A stretch of 63,138 nt of DNA, filler included, from Octopus bimaculoides (lineage: Eukaryota), in the NCBI RefSeq assembly GCF_001194135.2. It is 6 parts of 5 records of this genome, joined end to end, with 100 filler letters (N's around TTAATTAATTAA, not from the genome) between each part and the next. Parts side by side here need not be neighbours in the genome. Positions count along the whole stretch, not along the records: positions 55,588 to 63,138 come from NC_068981.1; 5 more parts are not named here. The stretch is one strand, 5' to 3'. Below the pieces are notes generated by a model. That model had not been told where the DNA came from, did no database searches, and worked only from the letters and a program-made list of their open reading frames with translations. The translations under genes were made by a program, and so were the position numbers. How positions within the stretch are numbered: position 1 is the first letter of the stretch; each line of letters starts with the position of its first letter. This document shows, one piece after another, positions 62,834 to 63,138 of the stretch.

Positions 62834-63138
62834 ATAGTCAACTGCTACAAAGGTAAAGGGGACGCTTTAGATACAAATAATTACAGAGGCATCAAGCTGT
62901 TAGATCAGGTTATGAAAGTTACAGAGAGGGTCATAGCCCAACTAATTAGGGAGCGAATCAATTTAGATGAGATGCAGTTTGGGTTCGTGCCAGGTAAAAG
63001 CACTACTGATGCCTTATTTCTAGTGAGACAGTTGCAAGAGAAATACCTAGCTAAGGATAAACCTCTGTACCTGGCTTTCGTTGACATGGAGAAAGCCTTT
63101 GACAGGGTCCCCCGATCCCTTATCTGGTGGTCAATGAG
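62834..63138 (+). mobile_element. Second, 5'-truncated RTE LINE copy (RT N-terminal part, open frame)
   Basis: About 101 stop-free codons: IVNCYKGKGDALDTNNYRGIKLLDQVMKV...MQFGFVPG...FVDMEKAFDRVPRSLIWW. It runs off the window end. Confidence 0.95.

Overview
This is AT-rich, microsatellite-dense eukaryotic DNA from a gappy draft assembly. The SINE types and repeat density suggest a coleoid cephalopod, probably Octopus (inference). I found no intact host gene; the long ORFs in the track are microsatellite or N-gap artefacts. The window is a graveyard of mobile elements: four or five tRNA-headed SINE families, non-LTR retrotransposon remnants of four clades (RTE, L1/Tx1, R4/Dong-like, CRE-like), mariner, Tigger and hAT MITEs and fragments, and a Helitron cluster. 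Most interesting: (1) several short repeat families with the layout of minimal type I hammerhead ribozymes, with palindromic helix III and non-canonical cores, some as head-to-head palindromes; (2) a CRE-like element whose 5' half is inverted, as expected from twin priming; (3) a 554-bp fold-back MITE made of two mariner 3' ends, inserted with a TA duplication into an RTE LINE whose RT contains a PHD finger; (4) a switch from CpG-retaining to CpG-decayed repeats at about 50 kb. Five 44N-TTAATTAATTAA-44N blocks are artificial scaffold linkers, so adjacency across them is not guaranteed. All protein and RNA assignments come from manual reading and need HMM or covariance-model confirmation.
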